64,000 bases of DNA from Eledone cirrhosa (taxonomy: Eukaryota), in assembly GCA_964016885.1 (NCBI GenBank), contig OZ024754.1, forward strand, positions 13,268,001 to 13,332,000, in the 5' to 3' direction. This document shows positions 1-14,133 of this stretch, in pieces. Each line of letters opens with the position of its first letter. Position 1 is the first letter of the stretch. The translations under genes were made by a program, and so were the position numbers. The notes under the pieces are model-generated. The model was not told the origin of the DNA and did not search any database. It was given only the letters and a program-made list of their open reading frames with translations.

Positions 1-381
1 GTAGTGTAGTGTAGTGTAGTGTAGTGTGGTGTAGTGTGGTGTAGTGTGGTGTGGTGTAGTGTGGTGTGGTGTGGTGTAGTGTGGTCTAGTGTGGTGTGGT
101 GTAGTGTGGTGTGGTGTAGTGTGATGTAGTGTGATGTAGTGTGGTGTAGTGTGGTGTGGTGTAGTGTGGTGTGGTGTAGTGTGGTGTAGTGTGGTGTGGT
201 GTAGTGTGGTGTGGTGTAGTGTGGTGTAGTGTAGTGTAGTGTGGTGTGGTGTGGTGTAGTGTGGTCTAGTGTGGTGTGGTGTAGTGTGGTGTGGTGTAGT
301 GTGATGTAGTGTGATGTAGTGTAGTTGGTGTAGTGTGGTGTAGTAAGGTGTAGTGTGGTGTAGTGTGATGTGGTGTAGTGT
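1..381. repeat. (GTAGT/GTGGT)n pentanucleotide satellite, runs off the window edge
   Basis: Direct reading of tandem 5-mers with an A/G variant position. Confidence 0.95.
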
Positions 382-743
382 AAAACTCTGATATAACACC
401 TGCAACTCTGATGGTATCCAATGATGTTGACTTGTTCATCTTTTTGGTAAATATCATCTTGGTTAAGAGAGTGGGACTGGCTTTGTGCAGTGCCTTTGCT
501 CACTATAAAAGCTTCACGGCACAGGCATTGCTTTGTATCTGGAGATCTCTCTGCACTTGTCGTCACATGGTACCATGGGCCCAGCACTATGTGTCAATAA
601 TTGTCACAAGTGTAGTGTTTGTACCAGAGGTTTCAAGTCACTAGCTGGACTAAAAAGTCACACTCGTTCAGCGCATCGGTAGGGGTTCTCCTACATGGAT
701 ATAAAGTCGTGGCCGTACTCGAAAACGAGTTGGCAGCCACCAT
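382..743 (+). mobile_element. 5'-truncated copy of a non-autonomous RTE-derived element
   Basis: Closely matches 31947-32308 in reverse complement. 605-682 translates to [25 protein letters not shown], a C2H2 finger typical of RTE ORF ends. A 3' stem-loop (CTCG AAAA CGAG) is followed by (GTAT)n. Confidence 0.75.
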
Positions 744-784
744 GTATCTATGTATGTATGTATGTATGTATGTATGTATGTATG

Positions 785-815
<31 letters not shown>

Positions 816-1400
816 GTTTGTAAGTACATATGTACGTAAATCTGTATATATTATGTAAATATTTATATATGTATGTAAATATGTATATATGTATGTATAT
901 ATATGTAAATATGTATCTATTTAAATATGTATACATACATGCTTAAATAGATACATATTTACATATATATACATAATATATACATATTTACATAATATAT
1001 ACATATTTGTGCGTATATCAGTATGTGTGTCTGTGTATATGTGGCGTGTGTGTGTAACGCCTCTGTTTAGTATATGCGTGTATATGTGTGAATGTGCATA
1101 TGTGTATGTGCTTGTGTATATGTGTATATGCATGACTATGTATGTGTGTGAGTATATGTGTATGTACATGTGTATATGAGTGTGTATGATTATGTGTGTA
1201 TGTGTGTGAGTATATGTGTATGTGCATGTGTATATGTGTATGTGCATGTGTGTGTGAGAGAGTGAGTGTGAGAGTATGTGTGTGTATGTGCATATGTGTG
1301 TGTATATATGTATGTGTATATGTGTATCAATGTGTGTGTGTTCATGTGTGTATGTATATGTGTATTTCTCTCTCATGGCATCTATCGCGTGTCTACATTC

Positions 1401-2222
1401 CACAACAGACCACAACAACCTAACAACAGGCCACAACAACCTAACAACAGACCACAACATCCTAACAACAGACCACAACAACCTAACAACAGACCACAAC
1501 AACGTAACAACAGACCACAACAACCTAAAACAGACCACAATAACCTAACAACAGACCACAACAACCTAACAACAGACCACAACAACCTAACAACAGACCA
1601 CAACAACCTAACAACAGACCACAACAACCTAACAACAGACCACAATAACCTAACAACAGACCACAATAACCTAACAACAGACCACAACACCTAACAACAG
1701 ACCACAACAACCTAACAACAGACCACAACAACCTAACAACAGACCACAACAACCTAACAACAGACCACAACAACCTAACAACAGACCACAACAACCTAAC
1801 AACAGACCACAACAACCTAACAACAGACCACAATAACCTAACAACAGACCACAACAACCTAACAACAGACCACAACAACGTAACAACAGACCACAACAAC
1901 CTAAAACAGACCACAATAACCTAACAACAGACCACAACAACCTAACAACAGACCACAACAACCTAACAACAGACCACAACAACCTAACAACAGACCACAA
2001 CAACGTAACAACAGACCACAACAACCTAACAACAGACCACAACAACGTAACAACAGACCACAACAACATAAAACAGACCACAATAACCTAACAACAGACC
2101 ACAACAACCTAACAACAGACCACAACAACCTAACAACAGACCACAACAACGTAACAACAGACCACAACAACCTAACAACAGACCACAACAACCTAACAAC
2201 AAACCACAACAACCTAACAACA
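1401..2222. repeat. 21-bp minisatellite (ACAACAGACCACAACAACCTA)n, about 39 units
   Basis: Tandem units visible; 7-aa periodic ORFs (LTTDHNN / LLWSVVR). Confidence 0.95.
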
Positions 2223-2359
2223 GATCCCCCCCCCCCCCTTCAGGGCTGAACTTCATTTGGAGACGTTTTAGGTTTTTTTATATTATTTTTGTTTGTGTTG
2301 TATTTGTTTTTCTACTTTTCTTTATTAAACTTTATGTATTTGACTTGATGGCAGCTTTA

Positions 2360-3359
2360 TATGTGTGTAGCTATATATGTGTGTGTATATATATATATGT
2401 GTGTGTGTGTATATATGTGTGTATATATATGTATGTGTGTGTATGGCTATATATGGGTGTGTATATATATATATATCTATATGTGTGTGTGTATAAATAT
2501 ATATATGTGTGTGTATAAATATGTATATGTGTGTATAAATATATATATGTGTGAGTATATATATATATGTATGTGTGTGTATAAATATTATATGTGTGTG
2601 TGTATATATATATGTGTGTGTATAAATATATATATGCGTGTGTATAAATATATATATGTGCGTGTATAAATATATGTGTGTGTGTATAAATATATATATG
2701 TGTGTGTATAAATATATATATATGTGTGTATAAATATATATGTGTGTAGAAATATATATATATATGTATATATATATGTGTGTGTGTGTATAAATATATA
2801 TGTGTGTGTATATATATATATATGTGTGTGTGTATATATATGTGTGTGTGTGTGTGTGTTCTGTGTGTGGTTGACTCTGTATGTGTGTGTGACTCTGTCT
2901 GTGACTGTGTTCTGCATGTGTGACTGTGTTGTGTGTGCGTGTGTGACTGTGTCTGTGTGTGTGACTGTGTTCTCTGTGTGTGTGTGTGTGGCTGTGTCTG
3001 TGCGTGCGTGTGTGACTGTGTTCTGTGTGTGCGCGTATGACTGTGTCTGTGTGTATATATGTGTGTATGACTATGTCTGTGTGTGTGTGTGTATATATGT
3101 GTGTGTGTGTATGTGTGTGTGTATGTATATATGTGTGTATGACTATGTCTGTGTGTGTGTATATATATATATGTGTGTGTGTGTATATATGTGTGTATGA
3201 CTATGTCTGTGTGTGTGTGTCTATATATGTGTGTGTGTATGTGTGTGTGTATATATGTGTGTATGACTATGTCTGTGTGTGTGTGTCTATATATGTGTGT
3301 GTGTGTATGTGTGTGTGTATATATGTGTGTAAGACTATGTCTGTGTGTGTGTGTCTATA

Positions 3360-3391
<32 letters not shown>

Positions 3392-4357
3392 TGTGTGTGA
3401 CTATGTATGTGTGTGTGTGTGTGTATATATATGTGTGGGTGTGTATGGTTGAGTCAATGTGGTGTGAGGGAGGGGGAAATCTGTAATATGTTCCTGTGAT
3501 AGAGATAGTGTGTCTATGTGTGACTGTGTGTGTGCGTGTGTGTGTGCGACTGTGCTCTGTATGTGTGTGTGTGACTGTGTGTGTGTGTGGTTGAGACAAT
3601 GGTGGTGTGGGTTAGGGGAAAGTGCTTTCCTGTGTGTGTTTGTGTACGAGTGTATGTAAGTGTATGTAAGTGTGGGTGAAACATATCTGATGTGAGAGAG
3701 ATCCTGTGTGTGTGTGTTTGTGTCTGTTTGCATGCGTGTGTTTGCGTGTGTATACAAGAATTTATGAGTATGTGTACGGGAGTGTGAGTGTGTGCGTGTA
3801 TGTGTGTTTGAGTGTGTGTATGTGTGAGTGTGCATGTGTATATGTGTGTGCAAGTGTGTGTGTATAAGTGCGTGCAAGTGTGTGTGTGTGTGTGTATATA
3901 AGTGCGGGCAAGTGTGTGTGTGTGTGTGTGTGTGTCTAAGTGCGTGCAAGTGTGTGTATGTGTGTGTGTGTGTATAAGTGCGTGCAAGTGTGTGTATGTG
4001 TGTGTGTGTGTATAAGTGCGTGCAAGTGTGTGTGTGTGTGTGTGTGTATGAGTGCGTGCAAGTGTGTGTGCGTATCAGTATAAGTGCGTGCAAGTATGTA
4101 TGTGTATCTGTATAAGTGCGTGCAAGTGTGTGTGTGTGTGTGTGTGTATGAGTGCCTGCAAGTGTATGTGTGTGTGTATAAGTGCGGGCAAGTGTGTGTG
4201 TGTGTGTGTGTATAAGTGCGTGCAAGTGTGTGTGTGTGTGTGTGTATAAGTGCGTGCAAGTGTGTGTGTGTGTGTGTGTGTGTATAAGTGCGTGAAAGTG
4301 TGTGTGTGTGTGTGTGTATAAGTGCGTGCAAGTGTGTGTGTGTGTATATAAGTGCGG

Positions 4358-4392
<35 letters not shown>

Positions 4393-5130
4393 TAAGTGCG
4401 TGCAAGTGTGTGTATGTGTGTGTGTGTGTATAAGTGCGTGCAAGTGTGTGTATGTGTGTGTGTGTGTATAAGTGCGTGCAAGTGTGTGTGTGTGTGTGTG
4501 TGTATGAGTGCGTGCAAGTGTGTGTGCGTATCAGTATAAGTGCGTGCAAGTATGTATGTGTATCTGTATAAGTGCGTGCAAGTGTGTGTGTGTGTGTGTA
4601 TGAGTGCCTGCAAGTGTGTGTGTGTGTGTATAAGTGCGGGCAAGTGTGTGTGTGTGTGTGTGTATAAGTGCGTGCAAGTGTGTGTGTGTGTGTGTGTATA
4701 AGTGCGTGCAAGTGTGTGTGTGTGTGTGTGTATAAGTGCGTGCAAGTGTGTGTGTGTGTATAAGTGCGTGCAAGTGTGTGTGTGTGTGTGTGTGTGTATG
4801 AGTGCGTGCAAGTGTGTGTGCGTATCAGTATAAGTGCGTGCAAGTATGTATGTGTATCTGTATAACTGCGTGCAAGTGTGTGTGTGTGTGTGTATGAGTG
4901 CCTGCAAGTGTGTGTGTGTATGTGTGTGTGTGTGTATAAGTGCGGGCAAGTGTGTGTGTGTGTGTCTAAGTGCGTGCAAGTGTGTGTGTATGTGTATCTG
5001 TATAAGTGCGTACAAGTGTGTGTGTGTATCTGTATAAGTGCGTGGAAATGTGTGTGTGTGTGTGTGTATGAGTGCGTGCAAGTGTGTGTGTGTGTGAGAG
5101 TGTATGAGTGCGTGCAAGTGTGTGTGTGTA
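2360..5130. repeat. Degenerate (TG)/(TA) microsatellite grading into a compound minisatellite with core TATAAGTGCGTGCAAG + (TG)n
   Basis: Core repeated dozens of times from about 3850 to 5125 with variable TG spacers. Confidence 0.9.
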
Positions 5131-5654
5131 TGTGTTTATGGGTATGTGTGTCATAAGAAACAATACGTGCATGATTAACCAATAGAAATTGACATAGACT
5201 GTTCTATATGTTAGAGTGGTGGTGGGGGGGGGGAGATATTGGGCTCTCATTAAATATATTATATAATTAGATGGGGAAATGTTTTTTCCTTGGGCTGAAA
5301 AAACGATATTACTTTTCTTCATCTGTGATTCTGTGTAAAGAAAGAGGGTGAAACAGTAATGAATACAGGCAGAAGGAAAAGAAGGGAAAGATGAGGATAA
5401 AAAGAATTAAGTCAAATGAAACAGTAATTGCTGAGACAAGATGTAAATATGAAGAATTTTTATTACGTCTTTGTTTTTTATTCTTTGTTTTGTTGTTGTT
5501 GTTTGTTTGTTTGTTTTGTTTGTTTGTTTGCTTTTTGTTTTTTCGCAGGCATATTTTGGTGGAAGATAATAAAAAAAGAACGGGGGGTGGGGGGCAATTA
5601 GAGAGGGTAAGAAAAGGAGGAAAGAAAGAGTGGCAGATATAGGGATGTATGAAA

Positions 5655-5915
5655 AGAAAGAGTGAGAGAGAGAGAGGGGGAAGAGGAGAAGGAGGGGGAA
5701 GAGAGAGAGGGAGAGAGAGGGGGAAGAGAGGGGAGAGAGGGGAGAGAGGGGGAACAGAGATAGGGAGAGAGAGGGGAAAGGGAGGGAAGCGAGGGGAGAG
5801 AGGGGGTAAGAGAGGGAGGGAGAGAGAGAAGGAAGAGAGAGAGGGGGAAAGAGGGGGAAGAGAGGGGAAAGAGAGAGAAGAGAGGGGAGAGAGGGGAAAG
5901 AGAGGGGAGAGAGTG
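5655..5915. repeat. Polypurine (GA-rich) low-complexity tract
   Basis: Almost pure A/G. Confidence 0.9.
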
Positions 5916-6026
5916 AGAAAAATAACGCAATATATCGTATGCCCACACAATCGTTATTATAATCTAATTTTTTTACAATAAATGGGTACATTTTCAAAGC
6001 ACCGGCATATCTATATATCTATACGG

Positions 6027-6176
<150 letters not shown>

Positions 6177-6206
6177 GTATGTGTATGTATGTATATATAT
6201 ATATAT

Positions 6207-6269
6207 AAGATCCCGTTAAGGGTGAAAGCAGCGATTCTTTGCTTAAACTTTAATCTGTTATTTTAATAA

Positions 6270-6272
<3 letters not shown>
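6207..6272 (+). mobile_element. PLE family A terminal-repeat stub in (TA)n
   Basis: Identical to 8224-8290; ends at AATAAATAT. Confidence 0.85.
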
Positions 6273-6302
<30 letters not shown>

Positions 6303-6361
6303 TATATACATATATACTTACATATATACATACATATATACATATATACTTACATACATAC

Positions 6362-6392
<31 letters not shown>

Positions 6393-6702
6393 CATACATA
6401 CATACATACACAAACACATACATATATACATATATACTTACATATACATACATACATACATACATACATACATACATACATACATACATACATACATACA
6501 TAAAGGCATTGATTCTACATAGTTATATTCCCGAGAGTATTTGATGAGGGCTGTTATATATTATACATATTTTTTTTAATATCTGTTGATTTAAAGTGCA
6601 TAATCCTAGGTTTTTTGTTACATTCTGTCACTACACTATCTCCCACTCATGTATGTACAAGAGTGTGTGTGTATTTGTCTATATCTGTGTGCGAGGATAT
6701 AT

Positions 6703-6778
<76 letters not shown>

Positions 6779-7859
6779 ATAATAATAAAATTGAAGACTA
6801 AAATCCAAAGAGGGCTCGATAAGGAAAATATATATCAAATATATAAGAACCGTAGAGCAAATATTTATTAAAATAACAGATTAAAGTTTAAGCAAAGAAT
6901 CGCTGCTTTCACCCTTAACGGGATCTTCTGAAACTAACAAAGTCAATCTGTAAACGCAGAACTGGATATTTCAAAAAACGTTGCAGCCGGAGGAAGACAG
7001 GAAGACGATACTTTGGTTCGTGGTAACGTTCGCTGGCAAAGAACGGGAAAAAACGAATAATACGTCATTAATAGGAGCGGTGAAAAACAATTACGCGCAA
7101 AGACAAAACCACGTTTATGGTATAAAAGAGGTCGTAGACTAATGTTCTCTTAGGTGGTGCATATAGACGTTCTCTGGCAATGAACGAAAAAACGAAGATA
7201 ATAAGTCATATGTGGAGCGTGGAGACAAAACCACGTAAATGGTATAGCAGAAGTCGTAGACTAAAATTCTAACTAGGAGACCAAATGAATCTCCGCTACA
7301 GAGTTAAGAACAAAGTAAATAAATACGATACAGAAGTAATAGAAACAAAAAAATACATACACGCAAACAGATACGTACATACACAAGCATACGCAAAACC
7401 TTACCGTAGGTATACAAAACCACGCACATATAAATATGTGTGTGTGTGTATGCTTGTGTACAAATAAATAAATAATTATATAAACGTATATAAGTAAATA
7501 AATACGTATATAACAAGCGCACACACATACCTACATATAAATACACGAATGTTCGGAGACGTAAGTCAACTAAAACAAGAAGTACACATATACACACACC
7601 CACCATACGTATGAACCTGCATACTCACTCGGACGCAAAACTCCCGTATACACATAGCCAAACCCTAAATACCAGAATATGTAAAAATGATACGCCATAA
7701 CAGTCAAATATACGTACGAGAAGGTATACATACCTTCACAAAACATATGGGTAATATATACTTACCTATGCAAATAAGTAAAGGAATAAACAAAACATAT
7801 ACTTAGCTCCCACATCAAGACGTAAAATATCCACGTATAGATCGTGCTCTCCGTTAGGG

Positions 7860-8181
7860 TATAACGTGGGGCTGTAATACAGGAAAGTTTTGTGCAATTT
7901 ATGTTTACAAGCCGAAATTGCCTCAGATTTTTTGTTTAAGATGTGGTCTGTGGCGTAGAGTATTTCCAGGGCCTCAGCAGCGCAGAGGTCACATGGTCTT
8001 TTATTTCCGTTATACGATCTAGCTCTAGCTAGAATCTCCCAGTGTAACTTATATTGGGTGTGGTTGTCTTTTAGACTCCAGATATAAGCTTAAAGTGACG
8101 TCATATTCCTTCTTAGAGGGTAACGAAAAGAATGGGTATGCATGTAAAGACGCTGCTTGAAACTATTGGCGGTTAACCCTA
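7860..8181 (-). pseudogene. PLE GIY-YIG endonuclease C-terminal half (one in-frame stop)
   Basis: Manual translation LGLTANSFKQRLYMHTHSFRYPLRRNMTSL*AYIWSLKDNHTQYKLHWEILARARSYNGNKRPCDLCAAEALEILYATDHILNKKSEAISACKH; same motifs as the ORFs at 36159-36653 and 29699-29932. Confidence 0.85.
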
Positions 8182-8215
8182 ATATCCAGTTCTGCGTTTA
8201 CAGATTGACTTTGTT

Positions 8216-8266
8216 AGTTTCAGAAGATCCCGTTAAGGGTGAAAGCAGCGATTCTTTGCTTAAACT
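8216..8266 (+). ncRNA. Type I hammerhead ribozyme with variant core CAGAAGA (mirror copy 6885-6935, - strand)
   Basis: AGTTT CAGAAGA t CCC gttaa GGG t GAA AGCA gcgattctt TGCT T AAACT; stems I, II and III all pair; CUU cleavage triplet. Confidence 0.7.
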
Positions 8267-8282
8267 TTAATCTGTTATTTTA

Positions 8283-8338
<56 letters not shown>

Positions 8339-8380
8339 TTATATATATAGGTATATATATAGGTATATATAGGTATATAT

Positions 8381-8458
<78 letters not shown>

Positions 8459-8488
8459 GTATATATAGGTATATATAGGTATATATAG

Positions 8489-8895
<407 letters not shown>

Positions 8896-9311
8896 TACCT
8901 AAATATATATATATGTTTATATATATATGTACGTGTGTACGTATGTATGTATGCATGCATGCGTGTATGTATGTATTCACTACTCGTTCACTTAAATTAC
9001 AATAGTATATTAAAAAAATTTAGTTCAATGCATACATACACACACATACATACATATATACACACAAACACACAAACATACATACATAGATACATACATA
9101 CACACACATACATACATATATACACACAAACACACAAACATACATACATAGATACATACATACACGCACATACATACACACAAACACACAAACATACATA
9201 TATACATACACTCACACACACATACATACATACAAACATGATGACGGCTGCCCCCTCGTTATCGAATATGGCCAACATACCTACATACACGCATACATAC
9301 ATACATACACG

Positions 9312-9370
9312 GATACAAGAAACTGACTCTCTATTGGTAAAAATTTGTGAAATTATAAAACCAGAAGAAT
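9312..9370 (+). mobile_element. 3'-terminal stub of R4/Dong-type family 1 in (TACA)n
   Basis: Matches the 3' end at 10813-10869 (GACTCTCTATTGGTAAAA..TTTGTGAAATTATAAAACCAGA). Confidence 0.8.
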
Positions 9371-9480
9371 ATACATATATACATACACACAATACATACA
9401 TACATACATACATACATACATACATACATACATACATACATACATACATACATACATACATACATACATACATACATACA

Positions 9481-10644
9481 TACGAAATCCGAGCAGTTGA
9501 TGCTGGAACTCGAAAAATACTGAACAACACCGGAAACTTCCACATCAACAGTGACATAGACCGCCTTTACTTGAAACGTAAGCAGGGAGGCAGAGGCCTA
9601 ACATCAGTCCAGACAACATTTAAATGTCGCATCATATCCCTCCGACAACATCTACGAACCTCGAAGCGTAGGAGCCCGCTTCTCGAGCAAGTCTATCTGC
9701 ATGAAACAGATAAGATCATGAGAGTTGGGAAGGAACTCCTCGAGAGATATTCCCTGTGTGCTAATCAAAAATTCACACCCAGGGATGTCGCTCAGCAGTA
9801 TCGCAGTGAATCCATGGATGAAAAACTGCATGCCTATCAGCAAAAAATCATGCATGGATATGTTGCCAGGAAGCTCCAGAGTGAGAGTAATATAGTTAAG
9901 GAAAGAAGTCTATCTTGGATCAACAACCGCTATATTGGCTCCCACTTTGAAGGATACGCTTTTGCAATCCAGGAACAGGAGATTAGCACGAAATACCTGA
10001 TTCACAAAAGAGATAGGGATGCAGGCAAAACACCTAGATGTGATAACAAGTGCAGACTCTGCAGAACTAACATTGAGGATATCACCCATGTCATCAGCAG
10101 CTGTCCAAAGATGTCATCGCGGTACTATCTACCTATGAGGCATGATGAGGTGGCCAAAACACTGTACAATGCAGTTCGTAAAAAAGATAGCCCCGATAAT
10201 AAACACATTAAAAGCTACAGCAATGTGGAAGACATCCATGTACATAATATGAAAGAGTACTGGTGGAATGTTCCAGTAAAAACCCCAATAAAATGCAGGC
10301 ATAACAAACCAGATATTATGATATGGGTCAGGGAGAAGAAAGCATGCACAGTAGTGGAAATTAGCTGCCCAGCAGATGCCAATATAATATCAAAGATTAA
10401 TGAAAAGGAGAACATTTATGCAGAACTGATGAGAATTCTGCAGATACTCCACCCTGATTACACCTTCAGATTTATGCCTGTGATTATTGGGGCACTGGGA
10501 TATGTTAGTAACTGCCTCAATACAAATCTTGAGAAGCTAGGCTTCACAGGAACAGAAAGAACACAACTAGTTAGGAAAATACAAGTACAATCCATTAATG
10601 GAACAATAAAAATATGTAAGACATTCCAAAAATGTTGCATCTAA
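9481..10644 (+). pseudogene. RT thumb + CCHC knuckle + restriction-like endonuclease (truncated)
   Basis: DRLYLKRKQGGRGL, AIQEQEI, CRLCRTNIEDITHVISSC, RHD, KPDI, VVEISCP, KENIY motifs characteristic of R4/Dong. Confidence 0.9.
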
Positions 10645-10869
10645 TAACTGCATATACACATGTACAGACACAAAGCATATACACATGCACGCATACAACT
10701 CAAAACATACACATCCACACATACAATAACATCCATATCTACACATGCATGCATACATATCTACCTAGTTGATGTTGTGTAAATTCCAATGAGAGAGTAT
10801 TGTGTCTATGTTAGAAACCGACTCTCTCTCTATTGGTAAAACTTTGTGAAATTATAAAACCAGATGAAC
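9481..10869 (+). mobile_element. 5'-truncated R4/Dong-type RLE non-LTR retrotransposon, family 1
   Basis: Flanked by (TACA)n; ORF remnant to 10644 plus a 225-bp 3' UTR shared with 46704-47160. Confidence 0.9.
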
Positions 10870-10944
10870 ATACATACATGCATACATACACACAATACAT
10901 ACATACATACATACATACATACATACATACATACATACATACAT

Positions 10945-13900
10945 AAATGGAATGATATGTTTCAAGAGATACACAGCCTTAATGTGAGTGACAGACCATA
11001 CAACACTAGAGTCAGTAAAGAACCCACTAAATTGGAATTGGAAGCGGTGAACGAAATAGCTGGCAATTATCTGAAGGCTATACGATCTAAAGGTGTAGAA
11101 ACGACATTTGAAACGCTTAATGTTTTGTTATATGTTTCAGCTGTCACATTGCTAGCATATAACACACATCTAAAACCACGCAATCAAGATACAAACAGAA
11201 AGCCTGAACCAGCGTGGATGCGAAATTTAAAAACCAAAATTTTGTCCCTGAGACGAAGTATCTCACACATCGCAGTCGTTATGAAATGCAACATAGAGAG
11301 CAACTTCACACAACACCAGGAAGACCTAAAGAAAAAGTTAGAGAGAAGATTTGGAGATACAAAATTTAAAACTTTGAACTCCAAATTACACCAGTTGAAA
11401 CAACAACTCACAGCTACAACAGAAAGACTAAAATATAAGTCAACAGCACATAAACGACAAGTGCTAAATAGATTGTTTGCCAGAGATCCTAAATCAGTTT
11501 ATCGCAGCTTCGGTGGCAAAAGCTCAATCTCTGTAAATGACACCCCTTCAAAAGAACAGGTTGAGAGCTACTGGAGATCTGTATGGGAAACGGATGACGG
11601 ATTCAACAGACAAGCTAATTGGCTAAAAGAACTGGAACAGGACTACTGCCAACATGTCCAGACAAAACAATATGACATAGATGGGTCAATACTGGAAACA
11701 GCTCTACAGAAAATGTCGAATAGGAAATCGCCAGGCCCAGACCTCATTACAGGATACTGGTTGAAGAATTTCACTTTCTATCGGCAAGATCTCATACGGC
11801 TGTTTACAGAAACCATTAAGGGCACACAAGAACTGCCCAGATGGTTATCAACTGCCTCTACTCTCCTCATTCCCAAAAATAGCCAAACCACCCTTGCTAA
11901 AAATTACCGCCCAATTGCCTGCCAAAACATCATGTATAAATTATATACTGGGTGCCTTAACCTGTTCTTACAGGATCACTGTGCTACCAACAACATCATA
12001 ACACCTGAGCAAGCTGGTGGAAAGAGGGAGGTGTGGGGTTGCATAGATCACCTACTAACTAACAAAATGATTCAGGAAAAAACAACAAAGAATCGCAGAA
12101 ACATGACTGTCGTGTGGCTGGACTATCAAAAAGCATTTGATAGTGTACCTCATGGGTGGATTGTTAAGGCTTTACAGTTAGCTAAAGTCCCACAACCATT
12201 GGTAGCTGCTGTTGAACGCCTGACCAAGAACTGGTACACCAGTTTGATCCTTAGAGGTGAGAAGGAGCAGGTTAAGACTGATAAGATACATTACCAGAAG
12301 GGCATCTTTCAGGGTGATAGCTTGTCAGTGCTACTCTTCGTTCTCTCACTGAATCCACTATCTTACCTACTCAAGAAACAAGGTCGACAAAGAAGTGGGA
12401 CCAGAAGTATCTCCCATCTTTTCTTTGTTGATGTCCTGAAGTTGTATGGGCCAAATATCAATGACATCAAGAAACAATTGGACCTCATTACACAATTTTC
12501 AACCGACATCAAAATGAAATTTGGTGAGTCCAAGTGTGCATATTTGGCAGTAAAACGTGGAAGAGCTGTGCCCTCCTCTAGAAATCTAGAGATGAACGGC
12601 CTGACAATACAACCTCTGCAGTCAGGTGACAACTACAGATATCTTGGACAGGATGAGAATGTCAGATATGATGGACCCATAAATAAGGAGAGAACCAGAA
12701 CTGAATACCTCAGAAGAGTAAAGAAAATATGGTCATCAGAACTGTCAGCATACAACAAATACATTGCCCACAATACTTATGCTGTGCCAATTCTAACGCC
12801 AACATTTGGCCTACTGAACTGGTCATTGCAAGAACTAAGTGAGATGGATGTTAGAACTCGAAAACTTCTCAGTGTGACTGGGAACTTTAACATCAATGGT
12901 GATGTGGATAGGCTATACTTCTCACGCAAGGAAGGTGGCCGGGGTCTAAAATCAATATTAACAACATATGAGACCCGGATAGTGACACTGAAGCAACACC
13001 TTCAACAGAGGAAAAAGGTTGGCAACCATCTTGCCCAGGTTTATGACCATGAAAAAAGAAATATCATTAGAATAGCGACTGATCTGGAGGAGAGATATGG
13101 AATAAAGCCCGATATAAATCTCTCACCCAGAGAAATCGGAAGATCCTATTCAATGTTCAAACAAGAAAAAAAAAAATTGACCAATTTACAGAAAAAGTTG
13201 TGCATGGATACTTGAGGCGTAAAACACAGACCATAGAGGGGATAAACCACTCAAAAAGCCTGGCATGGAGTTCCGACAAGTTTATGACATCACACCTTGA
13301 GGGATATCTCTATGCAATACAGGAACAAGAACTCCCTACCAAATATCTGCTGCACAAAAGAGGAGGGCCAGCAGCTGACAATAAATGTAGGCTATGTAAA
13401 ACAAAGATCGAGGATGTAAGCCACATTGTTGCCAGCTGCGAAAGAATGTCATCTCGCTACTACCTCCCCATGAGACACGATGGGATAGCTAGAACCATCT
13501 GGAACGCACTTCGGAAAACAAAATCAACAACAAACGAGGAAGAATATATTGAGACAGATGGCACTAAGGAATACTGGTGGAACCTGAAAATAAAAACTGC
13601 CACCAAATTAAAGCACAACCGGCCTGATATTGTAGTTTGGGACCACACATTGAAAACGTGTTCTGTTGTGGAGATCAGCTGCCCACTTGATGTAAACGTT
13701 GTCAGAAAAATACAGGAGAAGGAGGACATCTACGGACCATTGATGAGGAGTTTACAAATCCAGTATCCAAGATACACCTTTAGCTTCATACCCATCATTA
13801 TTGGTGCTACGGGTTATATACCAACCCGCTTGGACCAAAGTATGACTGAACTTGGATTTGCGGACAAAAGGCGCAGCTCCCTAATTCATAGTCTACAAAT

Positions 13901-13958
13901 GGCTGCGATAGCTGGCACCTTCAAAATTTGCAAAACATTCTTGCGATTCAAGGGATGA
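10945..13958 (+). pseudogene. Reverse transcriptase + RLE polyprotein, disabled
   Basis: KSPGPD, NYRPIAC, EQAGG, WLDYQKAFDSVPH, GIFQGDSLS, YRYLG motifs. The catalytic FVDD reads FVDV (12424-12435). A frameshift near the A11 run (13166-13176) joins ORFs 10864-13215 and 13200-13958 (CRLC..H..C, RHD, RPDI, EISCP). Confidence 0.92.
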
Positions 13959-14039
13959 CAATTTCTTTTCTTTTACAACCTTGCCACCAGGAAGGTGGCC
14001 GGTCAAAAAATATACTCAAAATTAAGAGAAAGAGAAAAC
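10945..14039 (+). mobile_element. 5'-truncated R4/Dong-type retrotransposon, family 2
   Basis: (TACA)n on both sides; RT+RLE ORF; short 3' UTR with GCCACC-aggaa-GGTGGC hairpin. Confidence 0.92.
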
Positions 14040-14102
14040 ATACATACAATACATACATACACACAATACATACATACATACATACATACATACATACATA
14101 CA

Positions 14103-14133
<31 letters not shown>

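Larger units (their letters stand above)
6776..8290 (-). mobile_element. 5'-truncated Penelope-like element (family A) with inverted terminal repeat
   Basis: Inverted arms 6861-6970 / 8181-8290; an 85-nt tail (6776-6860) on one arm only; GIY-YIG remnant inside; HHR in both arms; (TA)n on both sides. Confidence 0.9.

Noticed and set aside
1-381. Possible telomeric repeat
   Set aside because: Unit is GTAGT/GTGGT, not TTAGGG or TTAGG; behaves as an ordinary variable pentamer satellite.
3401-5182. 593-aa His/Thr-rich ORF and similar ORFs (17607-18524, 40044-41500, 42000-42287, 52645-53701)
   Set aside because: Stop-free translations of micro- and minisatellites, open in several frames, with no domain content.
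10864-13215. Active RT gene
   Set aside because: 5'-truncated, catalytic DD changed to DV, and frameshifted before the endonuclease.
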